In this document: positions 54,001 to 62,187 of the stretch, one piece after another
Layout of the letters: each line of letters starts with the position of its first letter
Numbering within the stretch: the first letter of the stretch is position 1
Assembly (NCBI GenBank): GCA_012295275.1
Contig: CM022665.1
Coordinates: 12,710,001-12,774,000 of the forward strand
DNA length: 64,000 bases
Direction of reading: 5' to 3'
DNA from: Chrysomallon squamiferum
Taxonomy: Eukaryota; Animalia; Mollusca
Notes under the pieces: model-generated
The model's input: only the letters and a program-made list of their open reading frames with translations
What the model was told of the DNA's origin: nothing
Database searches by the model: none
Made by a program: the position numbers and the translations under genes

Positions 54001-55240
54001 TGATAATATTAGCTTTTTTAAATTAATATTTTTAAGTCATCTTTTTTACTTATGTTAAAAGTGTATAATAATACAGTGTAATAATAATGATAACAATAAT
54101 ATGAACAATAATTTTAATAATAAATTGAATTTAAAATAAAGTTATTATCTGTATTTAACTAATATCTTAATGATTTATTTTCTCAGAACGGCACTTTCCA
54201 GTGTAGAAAGAAGCCATGTCCTGAAGCTATCTGTCAGAACCCTGCTCCTGGTCAATGCTGTCTGGAGTGTCGTAACTGTGCTCTTCATGACAGAATCCTG
54301 CCACATGGTTACAGGTTTCCTGGAGAAAGTGATCCATGTCAGACATGTGTTTGTGAGGTAAACTTAATTTTAGTCTGTGAGATAAATTTTAAAATAAACT
54401 TTCTTGTCAGTGTGCTGTGAACACTTTGCCAATTTCAGAGATTGCTTAACAATTCTAAAGCATATTTATTGAAAGTATTTTATTTTCAGAATTTTGATTA
54501 GTGATTAACACTAAAACATAAAAGAGGGAATCTTCTACAGCAGTATGAAATAAGAAGTTTTAATTGTATATAAGTTTGTTTTTGTTAATTTATCTTTCCT
54601 GTTCACAATGGTGAAAATATATTTTTTTCAAATTTATTTTTTTAATGAAAATATTAAAAAATAATTTTAATAGATTTGTATACATATTTTCTGTATTATT
54701 TCCTTTTATTTATTAATATGAAACTTTCTTATAAAACCAACTTGAAATGAAACAATTTCAATAATTTTAAATAACATACTGACATTTCAAATAAGAAGTT
54801 TCTACTAAAGTAGAAATTTTCATCTGTATAAATTTATGACTCATTCATTTATATTAAATTATAAAATGGTACTGAATAATGTATTCCAAAATAAATCACA
54901 TTCAGCTGTATTTAGCTATAATATCACTTATCGTATACTCTTCATCAAGAAAAAGTTAAAGATTCTGTCACATTATTTTACTTTATATTCTCTCATACGG
55001 CATTATATTGTACCATATAATTAAAAAAATAATAAATAATTATATTTCATAATAATAATTATCCAGGCTGGAACAATAAGCTGTGAACGCAAGATCTGTG
55101 AGCCACCAGCCTGTGACAACCCAGTGGTTGATAGTTGCGGTTGTTCAGCATGTCAACAGTGTCAGTTTGAAGGCAGACGATACCAGAATGGTGAAGAATT
55201 TAGACATCCTACAAGCAACTGTACACAGTGTCGGTGCAGG
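18159..55240 (+). CDS. Giant secreted mosaic protein (kielin/chordin- or NELL-like scaffold with two EGF-Kunitz-tyrosinase-fold-GYD modules); 3' end beyond window
   Basis: 37 GT-AG exons splice in one continuous frame with consistent phases; signal peptide, TSPN/LamG, coiled coil, vWC, EGF, Kunitz, tyrosinase (FLPWHR, GGxM, DPxF), G(Y/F)D repeats, at least 23 C-terminal vWC repeats; no stop codon before the donor at 55241. Confidence 0.88.
20520..20690 (-). mobile_element. Degenerate SINE-like fragment (possibly V-SINE type)
   Basis: Reverse complement atggtatgtgccttcctgtctatgggaaggtacat resembles 49599-49640 and 15200-15250; family assignment from memory only. Confidence 0.45.
21100..21600. 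repeat. Degenerate tandem repeat, about 4 copies of 110-140 bp
   Basis: Recurring tatgttatctgtatttatatc...gcatgttaaat. Confidence 0.6.
26030..26830. repeat. Cryptic trinucleotide low-complexity tract (ACT/ATT/GCT/ACC)
   Basis: 3-periodic degenerate repeats producing spurious Leu/Val/Tyr-rich ORFs in several frames. Confidence 0.85.
26832..27056. repeat. Three ~75-bp tandem copies
   Basis: ttaatacaaagtt...agaacag..tacaa/gttacaact...tcttggtt at 26832, 26909, 26982. Confidence 0.85.
27217..28010. repeat. Diverged ~200-bp direct duplication flanking an (AAT)n tract
   Basis: tggcacatttgg.atgcattttgacaa and cacttagcttggtttat occur at ~27270/27355 and ~27873/27922. Confidence 0.75.
29168..29670 (+). 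CDS. Mosaic gene exon: TSPN/laminin-G-like domain
   Basis: ELDLLK...DYEWNSLVVRINRTSLNVQVDCS...IWLG...FE. Confidence 0.85.
29999..30068 (+). CDS. Mosaic gene exon: end of TSPN/LamG
   Basis: GILFEAKLYPVYIKDSGCDNLPQ. Confidence 0.75.
30318..30436 (+). CDS. Mosaic gene exon: coiled coil
   Basis: ERLRQMEQRVTQLALMVDMLKTQ. Confidence 0.8.
31193..31324 (+). CDS. Mosaic gene exon: coiled coil end + vWC
   Basis: [44 protein letters not shown]. Confidence 0.88.
31621..31669 (+). CDS. Mosaic gene exon
   Basis: DGFPVCKIRMDVPSCQ, cag/gtgagt. Confidence 0.8.
32197..32421 (+). CDS. Mosaic gene exon: EGF 1 + Kunitz 1 N-part
   Basis: PCITSPCSPQGQC...CICQPPFGGPTC; CIWPVDPGNC...RFYYD...CQEFNYSG. Confidence 0.9.
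33035..33177 (+). CDS. Mosaic gene exon: Kunitz 1 C-part + Cys domain
   Basis: GCGGNINNYETEGQCVDTSMQGACCYR. Confidence 0.88.
33953..34170 (+). CDS. Mosaic gene exon: Cys domain + vWC-like
   Basis: CIVGTKQYNIGESLRLGCENCTCKNGGKLSC. Confidence 0.87.
34594..35498 (+). CDS. Mosaic gene exon: tyrosinase-fold domain 1 + start of GYD repeats
   Basis: VRKELRDMT...HVHGGVFYLPWHR...LPYFDFT...HVYIGGDM...DPVFFAIHSYIDMLY. Confidence 0.92.
35881..36066 (+). CDS. Mosaic gene exon: G(Y/F)D repeats
   Basis: GYNRDGFDESGYDRYGYDRYGFDRAGYNRQGFD. Confidence 0.88.
36559..36615. repeat. (GT)n microsatellite
   Basis: Perfect GT run. Confidence 0.95.
36688..36927 (+). CDS. Mosaic gene exon
   Basis: GLDPNGFDRYGFTIRGYDANYCNYFFKGP...RICAP. 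Confidence 0.85.
36970..37260. repeat. Degenerate ~37-bp minisatellite
   Basis: Recurring taaatattcagaattaaagggaaaattt-like unit. Confidence 0.65.
37850..38095 (+). CDS. Mosaic gene exon: Cys-rich domain
   Basis: CQENLCVQESCPAYPDAICRMSFCTEC. Confidence 0.85.
38947..39105 (+). CDS. Mosaic gene exon: EGF 2 + Kunitz 2 start
   Basis: DFCSPNPCHHGGTC...CVCPPGYDGHLC...VCSLP. Confidence 0.9.
39758..39965 (+). CDS. Mosaic gene exon: Kunitz 2
   Basis: GNCDGQEKRWYFNYKSQKCEEFIYTGCYGNSNNFKSVNSCQAKC. Confidence 0.9.
40221..40330 (+). CDS. Mosaic gene exon: GYD repeats
   Basis: YGFNIEGYDRFG...YDDQGFDWQ. Confidence 0.85.
40581..40746 (+). CDS. Mosaic gene exon: GYD repeats
   Basis: GYNLQGYDDEGYDRLGYDKDGYDREGFN. 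Confidence 0.87.
41227..43044 (+). CDS. Mosaic gene exon: vWC-like + tyrosinase-fold domain 2 + GYD repeats
   Basis: 1.8-kb exon; RKEVREMT...FLPWHR...IPYYDWT...WVGGHM...SPYDPLF; long G(Y/F)D tract. Confidence 0.92.
43679..43773 (+). CDS. Mosaic gene exon: Cys-rich
   Basis: LCIVTHAYDVCPIDMPEVLCTENLCKGRSCP. Confidence 0.82.
44490..44582 (+). CDS. Mosaic gene exon: Cys-rich
   Basis: DHPNAVCRTSSCGSCHFEWY. Confidence 0.82.
44703..44782 (+). CDS. Mosaic gene exon: vWC
   Basis: CYDNRVQFRNEGETWKNEKCETCICQ. Confidence 0.85.
45208..45301 (+). CDS. Mosaic gene exon: vWC
   Basis: NGLVECKLIKCKPVYCLHPIRPPRECCVNC. Confidence 0.85.
46112..46359 (+). CDS. Mosaic gene exon: vWC
   Basis: GCTYQGKLY...CCPVC...CQKCICI. 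Confidence 0.9.
46831..46924 (+). CDS. Mosaic gene exon: vWC
   Basis: [30 protein letters not shown]. Confidence 0.88.
47208..47381 (+). CDS. Mosaic gene exon: vWC
   Basis: CFYQGTIYQDGEDFQPDTCTSCHC...GKCCPVC. Confidence 0.88.
47428..47552 (-). mobile_element. Degenerate SINE-like fragment (5' part)
   Basis: Reverse complement ttccaaccagtgctccacaac resembles ttccaggcagtgccccca of the 49513 copy. Confidence 0.4.
47682..47867 (+). CDS. Mosaic gene exon: vWC
   Basis: CDYDMRKY...PCLNCSC...GECCPSHCP. Confidence 0.88.
48446..48622 (+). CDS. Mosaic gene exon: vWC
   Basis: CTHNGVEYDDGETW...GDCCSPC. Confidence 0.88.
49093..49272 (+). CDS. Mosaic gene exon: vWC
   Basis: CLYNSRIIGDG...PCQQCRC...DHCCPQC. 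Confidence 0.88.
49513..49660 (+). mobile_element. Degenerate SINE-like fragment
   Basis: ttccaggcagtgcccc...gtggtatatgttttcctgtttatgggaagtgcat shared with other dispersed fragments in the window. Confidence 0.45.
49780..49860 (+). CDS. Mosaic gene exon: vWC
   Basis: CDYKGRHYQHGEAVSRDRCSRCVCKE. Confidence 0.85.
50270..50442 (+). CDS. Mosaic gene exon: vWC
   Basis: GQCCPVCTSCDYYGRTYDDGQQF. Confidence 0.88.
50837..51019 (+). CDS. Mosaic gene exon: vWC
   Basis: KGQVTC...GQCCLRCDNCLYE...PCHICTCK. Confidence 0.87.
51204..51383 (+). CDS. Mosaic gene exon: vWC
   Basis: DGSVKC...GRCCPVC...CSICTCN. Confidence 0.88.
51599..51775 (+). CDS. Mosaic gene exon: vWC
   Basis: DGDISC...GDCCPNC...CQECVCN. 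Confidence 0.88.
52217..52484 (+). CDS. Mosaic gene exon: vWC
   Basis: GSCCPVCPKRCTYGG...NCCQICE. Confidence 0.9.
52624..53894 (+). CDS. Mosaic gene exon: about 7.5 tandem vWC repeats
   Basis: Open 1.27-kb exon with repeated C..C.C..G...C....C....C..P....CC..C pattern. Confidence 0.93.
54187..54357 (+). CDS. Mosaic gene exon: vWC
   Basis: NGTFQCRKKPC...GQCCLEC...PCQTCVCE. Confidence 0.88.
55067..55240 (+). CDS. Mosaic gene exon: vWC (last visible exon)
   Basis: AGTISCERKIC...CQFEGRRYQNGEEF...CTQCRCR then gtaagt. Confidence 0.88.
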
Positions 55241-55993
55241 GTAAGTGTGAATATTTTTTAAAGTTTTATTAGATGCTGTTCTTTTCCAAAGTAAGATAAT
55301 AAAATAAAATATTTTGCTTTTTACAGTAATTTTTGAACAATGAAATAATCTCTAAGCCCCAAGAACTTTGTAATTTATTAGTCTTTATCATTGCTTTTTA
55401 AATTATTATTTTTGTTTTACCTTCTCATATATTTCATAATATTTCATAATATTTTCAAGCAGTCTTGTTAGGTCATAATTTACTACTAACATATTAAAAA
55501 AAAAAACTTGGAATTAACAAAAAGAATTCAGGCCATTTGTATTATAAAATTATGAGCCTGCTTAGTGCCTTTAGTACAGGTCTTATTTCTATGATTAATG
55601 TGAATAGATGTAACAGAAAATTCTGATTCAAAGAAAGCAGTTTAAGCCTTCCATCTCTATGAAATTATGGCTGTTTTATTAAAGATTATATATGTTCATT
55701 CATGGTATATTACAAAGTAAAAATGAAAGAAAACAATTTAAAAATGTATATACATAATTTATTACAAGAATATGTTTATTACACTAAATTATTATTCTTC
55801 ACCATTGTTTTTTATGACAATTAAAAATTTGATGGCATTAAGCAGAGCTATATTGCCATATTATCCTGAACACAAGTTATTTTTAAAGACATAATAATTA
55901 GTGTTATTCATGGCTGCTGTGTCTGTTCATTCATTCATGTTAAATATAATACTTGTACTGAAAATGTGCATGATGTTTCATTTCATCCACAAG

Positions 55994-56050
55994 CCCTGCT
56001 ACACCTCCATCCAGTAATATTTATCAAACCAGTACAGAAATGTAACAAGG
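55994..56050 (-). ncRNA. pre-miRNA, miR-184-like with seed variant (UGGAUGGAGGUGUAGCAGGG)
   Basis: Near-complete stem on minus strand via G:U pairs; CAUC at +17. Confidence 0.7.
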
Positions 56051-56418
56051 AGATATTGATGATATTCAGCTTCTTCAGAATGCAATATATAATTAAATAT
56101 TTCACACCACCCATGTTTATACCTTTGATTTCAGCTTCATTAGGTAACAAGATGTAGCTTATACATTTTTTTAAATATTCCAAAGAATAAAGACATGATT
56201 AAATCAAGTTATTATATCTTTCTGTGGGTAAAAGGAATTGTTATTATTGAAATCTGGTATAAAAAGAATTATTTCAGAATTTGTTTAGAAGAAAAAAAAA
56301 TGTATCACTGAAATTTGATGTAAAAAGATTACTTACATTAAATGGTTAACAAATATATATATTATCATTGTATTAGCTATTACAGGTTTTTGGTGATTTT
56401 AGTACATGAATTCATCAT

Positions 56419-56487
56419 ATTAGATTCTGTATTAGTCTGTGATAGCTTTTAACAACAGGCAATCACAAGACTGATACAGTGTCTAAT
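56419..56487 (-). ncRNA. mir-2: pre-miRNA, miR-2 family seed (UAUCACAGACUAAUACAGAA)
   Basis: Long stem, 3p arm starts UAUCACAG. Confidence 0.8.
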
Positions 56488-56679
56488 AATGAAGATGGCC
56501 TCTTACACCATAAACTGAACTATTTCTGTGATAGGATGTGTTATAAATCTAATACTATTATTTGTTAACATTAAGTTTGACATTATATTTTATTAAAAAA
56601 GATTATAAAATTATGAAATAAATAAATTTGAATTATTTCAGTTATTTCACTTATATCAAGTTGTTTCTGATCCCACTTA

Positions 56680-56736
56680 CCCCAGCATCTGAAAGTGCTA
56701 GTTTAATCATTTCATACCAGCACAAACAAATACCAG
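56680..56736 (-). ncRNA. pre-miRNA, UAGCACUU family (UAGCACUUUCAGAUGCUGGGG)
   Basis: 18/21 pairs on minus strand; CAAC at +16. Confidence 0.8.
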
Positions 56737-56973
56737 AACAAGAAGAAATTATTTCAAAACTTCATTAGTACATGGCCAACATGGTTATCTACACATACAA
56801 ATATCAAAATTAAAACTAACACTAAAAATAATAATAATAATAATAATAAAGAAATTATAATTGAAAGAATAAACAAAAAGTAACTAAAATTAAAATTTAT
56901 AAACAAGGGAAAATTTTTATAATTTCAAAAATTGCTGTCAACATCTGGTAATTGTTGTTTGAACACCATCACT

Positions 56974-57036
56974 TTCCCTTACTATACTTCCGTCCAGTTT
57001 TCAAAATCAGACCAGATGAAAATATAGCAAAGGGAA
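56974..57036 (-). ncRNA. mir-184: pre-miRNA, miR-184-like (UGGACGGAAGUAUAGUAAGGG)
   Basis: Seed GGACGGA and 3' UAAGGG as in miR-184; CAAC at +18. Confidence 0.82.
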
Positions 57037-57308
57037 GGAATGCATTTTAGAGATTTCTCATATCCTCGTAAGTATTCTGAAAGATTATAATCATAAAAAC
57101 ATTTAGTATATTTGTTTAATATTGTTACAAATATTTATTCAGCATAATAATTATAAAATATTAATAGGAAAGGTTTTTGCTTAATGATTATAGTAGAAAT
57201 TGAATACATATCAAATCAAATTATTATTCTTTCTATGGGTAACAACCAAACCAACATCATAATGACTTTGTAATGGATTACTAATGTAGTTTCTCAAATA
57301 CCACAAAC

Positions 57309-57361
57309 CCAAGCTATATTTCCGTCCAGTTTTGTCACAACAACACAGAAATAGAGCTTGG
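57309..57361 (-). ncRNA. mir-184: pre-miRNA, miR-184-like (UGGACGGAAAUAUAGCUUGGG)
   Basis: Stem ccaagct...agcttgg; CUAC at +18. Confidence 0.75.
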
Positions 57362-57469
57362 ATATGTAATGCTTATTTTCTTCACAATACTATAAACTAC
57401 TCTCTACATGAACATTTGTTTGTTCTTTCATAAGTAGATGGATGGGTATGTGATAATAAAATCCTCTCA

Positions 57470-57525
57470 TCTCACATTTAACTGTGATAGCTACTATCAA
57501 AGGCCATCACAAATCAAATGCAAGG
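57470..57525 (-). ncRNA. mir-2: pre-miRNA, miR-2 family seed (UAUCACAGUUAAAUGUGAGA)
   Basis: ctgtgatagc...gccatcacaa hairpin. Confidence 0.72.
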
Positions 57526-57724
57526 CTAGAAGAAGTCATTTTCATGTACAGGATTGATCTTCCTCTTAGTCAGGATGCCATTAGCCTCGTTGGATGGTTT
57601 CAACATCATAGACAGGAAGGTATGGGCCCCATAGTCAGGATGGAAGATAGACCTGTCCAAAGCCAGAGTGCATCAGTCTCAATTACATAATAATATAGCT
57701 CTAAGAAAACAATAGCTCATCTTA

Positions 57725-57782
57725 TTCTAGCATCAGAAAGTGCTACTTCTTTATCAACAGCAGCACATAGCTAATACTAGAA
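57725..57782 (-). ncRNA. pre-miRNA, UAGCACUU family (UAGCACUUUCUGAUGCUAGAA)
   Basis: ttctagcatc...atactagaa stem. Confidence 0.75.
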
Positions 57783-58003
57783 CAGTCAGAGTTCAAATAG
57801 CTGTTACAATAATATAATTGGTGGTGGCAGAGTTTGATACAACAGTAGCTTTTAATAGCTGCTGGTCAGAGCAATGGAAATCAGACATATCAATGGTCAG
57901 ATACACTGTTAGTCAATGTTTTACCTAAAATAATGAATGGTGGGCATTTCAGTGACTTATGGTCAGGTTATCATTCTTAACATTAAGGAAATATCTCATT
58001 TAG

Positions 58004-58057
58004 CCTAGCATCAGAAAGTGCTAGTTGTTGTCTATACCAGCACATAAATGATACTAG
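58004..58057 (-). ncRNA. pre-miRNA, UAGCACUU family (UAGCACUUUCUGAUGCUAGG)
   Basis: ctagcatca...tgatactag stem. Confidence 0.78.
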
Positions 58058-58232
58058 TCCAAAGAAGCAAATTTGTATGTTTTTTTTTTTAACAATAGAT
58101 GCTTTTTGCAAAGTTCTTTTTCTTCATGGCCATGTGAAATTAAAATATTACTAAAAGTTTTATAAGAGTCTAATTTTGACATCAGTGTGTTAATTAAAAT
58201 ATCATTCTTGTAGAATATATGAATTTACCATC

Positions 58233-58288
58233 CCAAATTTTACTTCCGTCCAGTACTGTATCATAGACCACACAGAAATAAGATTTGG
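58233..58288 (-). ncRNA. mir-184: pre-miRNA, miR-184-like (UGGACGGAAGUAAAAUUUGGG)
   Basis: ccaaattt...agatttgg stem; CUAC at +18. Confidence 0.75.
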
Positions 58289-58368
58289 CAAAAAAAACCA
58301 TATAATTGTTTTGCAGGCTGAAGTGATCAGTTGATTTAGTCAGTGATAGATGATAAACAGACAGTTAA

Positions 58369-58430
58369 ATGTATCACATTCATCTGTGATAACAGCTGAT
58401 ATAGGCAATCAGAAATTAGATGTAATACAT
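58369..58430 (-). ncRNA. mir-2: pre-miRNA, miR-2 family seed (UAUCACAGAUGAAUGUGAUAC)
   Basis: atgtatcacat...atgtaatacat stem; CAUC at +18. Confidence 0.75.
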
Positions 58431-58664
58431 GTAATTGAAATATATACACTCAAATTAAAAGGCACAATTGTTAAGCAAGTATAATGATCATAATATTAAT
58501 TATGAATTTGAAAAAAAAAAAATATATAACAATAATAAATATTTTAGTATATATACACATTTACTGTATGTATAACAATGTTAAATATTATCTTTATCCA
58601 GAGTTGTTAGAACAATGTCTTACCTGATTATTTACAGTCACAGAAGAAATTTCAAATTGTCAGC

Positions 58665-58720
58665 TGTCATATACAACTGTGATAGCAGTTATTAAAAGCA
58701 ATCACAAGTCAAATGTGACA
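58665..58720 (-). ncRNA. mir-2: pre-miRNA, miR-2 family seed (UAUCACAGUUGUAUAUGACAG)
   Basis: tgtcatat...atgtgaca stem; CUUC at +17. Confidence 0.78.
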
Positions 58721-58861
58721 TTAGACAATCAGTCTAGGTTAATTGTCAAATCTGAAAAGGATATTCAGAAATATGACTGAACAGGGATATTTTCCCCCTT
58801 AACCATTTAACCATCTTCGTTTTCTGCAACAACATTTTTTGGTGTCTCCATGGAGATTTGA

Positions 58862-58915
58862 AGTCACATTCATCTGTGATAGCTTTTAGTGAAGGCAATC
58901 ACAAAATAAATGTGC
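58862..58915 (-). ncRNA. mir-2: pre-miRNA, miR-2 family seed (UAUCACAGAUGAAUGUGACUU)
   Basis: cacatt...aatgtg stem; CACC at +16. Confidence 0.75.
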
Positions 58916-59181
58916 TGTCATAAAACCATTTCTTTTTTTTTTCCATCAGGTTTAAATTTCATCTATATAAGAAGGTAAAACATATAAATAATTTATAAAT
59001 TGTGATCAGTTTCTTCAACTTTTTATCATTTGTTTTCAGATCTCAAGCATTTACTAGTGCTAATTGATGTATGTATACAAAAATCCATCATTCCAAAGCC
59101 ATGACATCCAAAATAACAGTATGCAGACACATCATTAAATATTGTTTGTTATTTTACTTTCCCTGAAGAAGAATATTTTTA

Positions 59182-59249
59182 ACTGTCCCAAGCATCAACT
59201 AGTGCTAGTTTATATGAGCACACTAGAACTAGGAAATACTTGGGACAGT
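59182..59249 (-). ncRNA. pre-miRNA, UAGCACUA variant (UAGCACUAGUUGAUGCUUGGG)
   Basis: Perfect basal stem actgtcccaag/cttgggacagt. Confidence 0.8.
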
Positions 59250-59341
59250 ACAGTAAAGAGAACAAACATTTGTAATTCAGGGGATATCAACAGTTAGTGT
59301 ATGGAATTCAAGTATTTTTGATGTTCGGATTTTCTCTTTTA

Positions 59342-59400
59342 CCCCAGCATCAGAAAGTGCTAGTGCTTGTTCAACCAACTAGCACAAAATGAGGCTAAGA
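59342..59400 (-). ncRNA. pre-miRNA, UAGCACUU family (UAGCACUUUCUGAUGCUGGGG)
   Basis: gtgctagt...actagcac stem; CAUC at +18. Confidence 0.78.
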
Positions 59401-59625
59401 CAATTGAGTTGTATATATATCCATGTCATGGCTGGATTCATTAACCCACTTTGAAAATTGATTTAGTGATGATAGAAACACTTGCTGCATTAAATGTTCT
59501 TGAATAATGTAATATTTCTATAATTAATAGAGAAATATTGAAATTACAGCTGTTTGTTATAAAAAAACTGAATATAGATATATTTGCATATTAGGTTGAG
59601 CTACATGATGTTCGCATATATCCTC

Positions 59626-59688
59626 TGGTATCGCATTCAACTGTGATAGCTGCAGGTATCATGCAATCACAAGCAGAATGTGATGTCA
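59626..59688 (-). ncRNA. mir-2: pre-miRNA, miR-2 family seed (UAUCACAGUUGAAUGCGAUACC)
   Basis: atcgcattc...gaatgtgat stem; CAUC at +17. Confidence 0.78.
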
Positions 59689-59847
59689 AATGATAAAAAT
59701 TAATTTACATTTAACAGTCATGCAGATTAATCTAGAATTTTCCTAAAAATTATGGTTGCAATTAACATTAAAATCATATATTAAAAGAGTCTTTACCCTT
59801 TTGAAGAGGGCAGCATTTTCATGGTGTTGTATTTTGATAAAGTGCAC

Positions 59848-60994
59848 TATCCAAGTCTTCTGAATGTTTCTTTGCTAATAAATTATTTATCTGTTGTCAC
59901 ATTCATCTGTGATAGCTTCAGTTCTTGCAATCACAAAAGAATATGGCACCAGAAATAATTATTTTGTATCTCTGTTATCCAAGTCTTCTGAATGTTTCTT
60001 TGCTAATAAATTATTTATCTGTTGTCACATTCATCTGTGATAGCTTCAGTTCTTGCAATCACAAAAAAATATGGCACCAGAAATAATTATTTCGTATCTC
60101 TGTTATCCAAGTCTTCTGAATGTTTCTTTGCTAATAAATTATTTATCTGTTGTCACATTCATCTGTGATAGCTTCAGTTCTTGCAATCACACAAAAGAAT
60201 ATGGCACCAGAAATAATTATTTCATATCTCTGATATCCAAGTCTTCTGAATGTTTCTTTGCTAATAAATTATTTATCTGTTGTCACATTCATCTGTGATA
60301 GCTTCAGTTCTTGCAATCACAAAAGAATATATGGCACCAGAAATAATTATTTCATATCTCTGATATCCAAGTCTTCTGAATGTTTCTTTGCTAATAAATT
60401 ATTTATCTGTTGTCACATTCATCTGTGATAGCTTCAGTTCTTGCAATCACAAAAGAATATGGCACCAGAAATAATTATTTCATATCTCTGATATCCAAGT
60501 CTTCTGAATGTTTCTTTGCTAATAAATTATTTATCTGTTGTCACATTCATCTGTGATAGCTTCAGTTCTTGCAATCACAAAAGAATATGGCACCAGAAAT
60601 AATTATTTTGTATCTCTGTTATCCAAGTCTTCTGAATGTTTCTTTGCTAATAAATTATTTATCTGTTGTCACATTCATCTGTGATAGCTTCAGTTCTTGC
60701 AATCACAAAAGAATATGGCACCAGAAATAATTATTTTGTATCTGTTATCCAAGTCTTCTGAATGTTTCTTTGCTAATAAATTATTTATCTGTTGTCACAT
60801 TCATCTGTGATAGCTTCAGTTCTTGCAGTCACAAAAGAATATGGCATCAGAAATAATTATTTTGTATCTGTTATCCAAGTCTTCTGAATGTTTCTTTGCT
60901 AATAAATTATTTATCTGTTGTCACATTCATCTGTGATAGCTTCAGTTCTTGCAGTCACAAAAGAATATGGCATCAGAAATAATTATTTTGTATC
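59848..60994 (-). repeat. Tandem array of 9 x 126-130 bp units, each carrying one miR-2-seed hairpin (UAUCACAGAUGAAUGUGACAAC)
   Basis: Unit marker ccaagtc at 59851, 59979, 60107, 60237, 60367, 60495, 60623, 60749, 60875; near-identical copies. Confidence 0.95.
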
Positions 60995-61072
60995 GTCTTG
61001 TGAAATGTTAATTATTTATAGTGCTGTGGATCTCAAATCTTATGGCTGCAGAATTATTTCTTTTTTCTTTCT

Positions 61073-61127
61073 CAAGCATCTACTAGTGCTAGTATTAATA
61101 TTTTCACAAGCACTAAACAGGCACTTG
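61073..61127 (-). ncRNA. pre-miRNA, UAGCACUA variant (UAGCACUAGUAGAUGCUUGAG)
   Basis: caagcat...gcacttg stem. Confidence 0.7.
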
Positions 61128-61308
61128 GACAAGCCAAAGAATAGTAAATTTCTGAATGTGTGGTGATGTCATTAACACATCTCTTCTAAAGAATAATAAA
61201 TAGATGAAATAATAAATAATGTCCACAAGAATCTGTGTAATATTGGCTCTTTTTAACAGATTCAGCAGATTTCACATGAAAGGTATTTTGACAACACATG
61301 ACACATAG

Positions 61309-61365
61309 CCTAGCATCCAAAAGTGCTAATGGTTTAAAATGACACCAGCATTTTTTGATACCAGG
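61309..61365 (-). ncRNA. pre-miRNA, UAGCACUU family (UAGCACUUUUGGAUGCUAGG)
   Basis: cctagcatc...gataccagg stem. Confidence 0.72.
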
Positions 61366-61670
61366 TCAAGTGAAATATTAATATCTTTTCTTTTTCATCA
61401 TGGGGATCATTTATTTCTTATTATGGTTTTGGATCTTTGTAAACTCCAAATTATTCTATATTCAGTAAAGAATGTGGAATCTTTGTCTTGCAAACTGTAC
61501 TTGATTTGGGGTTGGTGATATTATATATAGATCTTATCTCACATTTAACTGTGATAGCATAAGAAGCCATGATTTAAGAAAATATTATGTTTTCTAGCAA
61601 GACATCTTTTTATGAGTGTGAGTATTTTATCCTAGAAAATGTAACAGGGATTACTTTCAATTAAAACATT

Positions 61671-61729
61671 TCAAAGCATCAACTAGTGCTAGTGATTTAG
61701 AACAAACAAGCACATAGCAGATTCTTTGA
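61671..61729 (-). ncRNA. pre-miRNA, UAGCACUA variant (UAGCACUAGUUGAUGCUUUGA)
   Basis: tcaaagcatc...gattctttga stem. Confidence 0.75.
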
Positions 61730-61840
61730 GATATAATAAAATATTTCTCAGTCAGTCTGCCAGGATGAAGCCATGGATTTATGTTATTATACAAACTGTC
61801 TGATAATATCTTGTTCTTAGAAACTCTGCTATGATAAGGT

Positions 61841-61922
61841 TGTCATCATTTTCCCAAGCATCAGAAAGTGCTAGTTGTAAATATCTCACCAGCGCATTGT
61901 AATGCTTGGTAAAATGATAACA
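61841..61922 (-). ncRNA. pre-miRNA, UAGCACUU family (UAGCACUUUCUGAUGCUUGGG)
   Basis: ccaagcat...atgcttgg stem with extended basal pairing. Confidence 0.8.
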
Positions 61923-62057
61923 TTCATTGTCTCTTTTATGTTACTGAGAGTAAAATTAAATTTGAAAATACTGATCTGTATTTTTAAATTAATTTAATAA
62001 TACAGTCTTGCTCAATAAATCTCAGAATTAAAGTAAATATGAAGAAGTCTGTGCATT

Positions 62058-62119
62058 ATGTTGCTACATTCATCTGTGATAGCATATAAATTAAAGCAAT
62101 CACAAGGCAAATATAACAT
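62058..62119 (-). ncRNA. mir-2: pre-miRNA, miR-2 family seed (UAUCACAGAUGAAUGUAGCAAC)
   Basis: ctgtgatagc...gcaatcacaa hairpin; CUUC at +16. Confidence 0.72.
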
Positions 62120-62187
62120 CAAAATACATGTAATACTATTAATTTCTCTAAAAAAAATCATATATCTTCTTGTACATTTTTGTTGTG

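Noticed and set aside
59848-60994. CRISPR-like array
   Set aside because: Whole units are near-identical with no unique spacers, there are no cas genes, and the context is a eukaryotic intron
60053-61166. ORFs within the tandem array, and the ORF at 57484-57690
   Set aside because: Short, no Cys pattern continuing the vWC gene, no fitting splice sites; by-products of hairpin repeats
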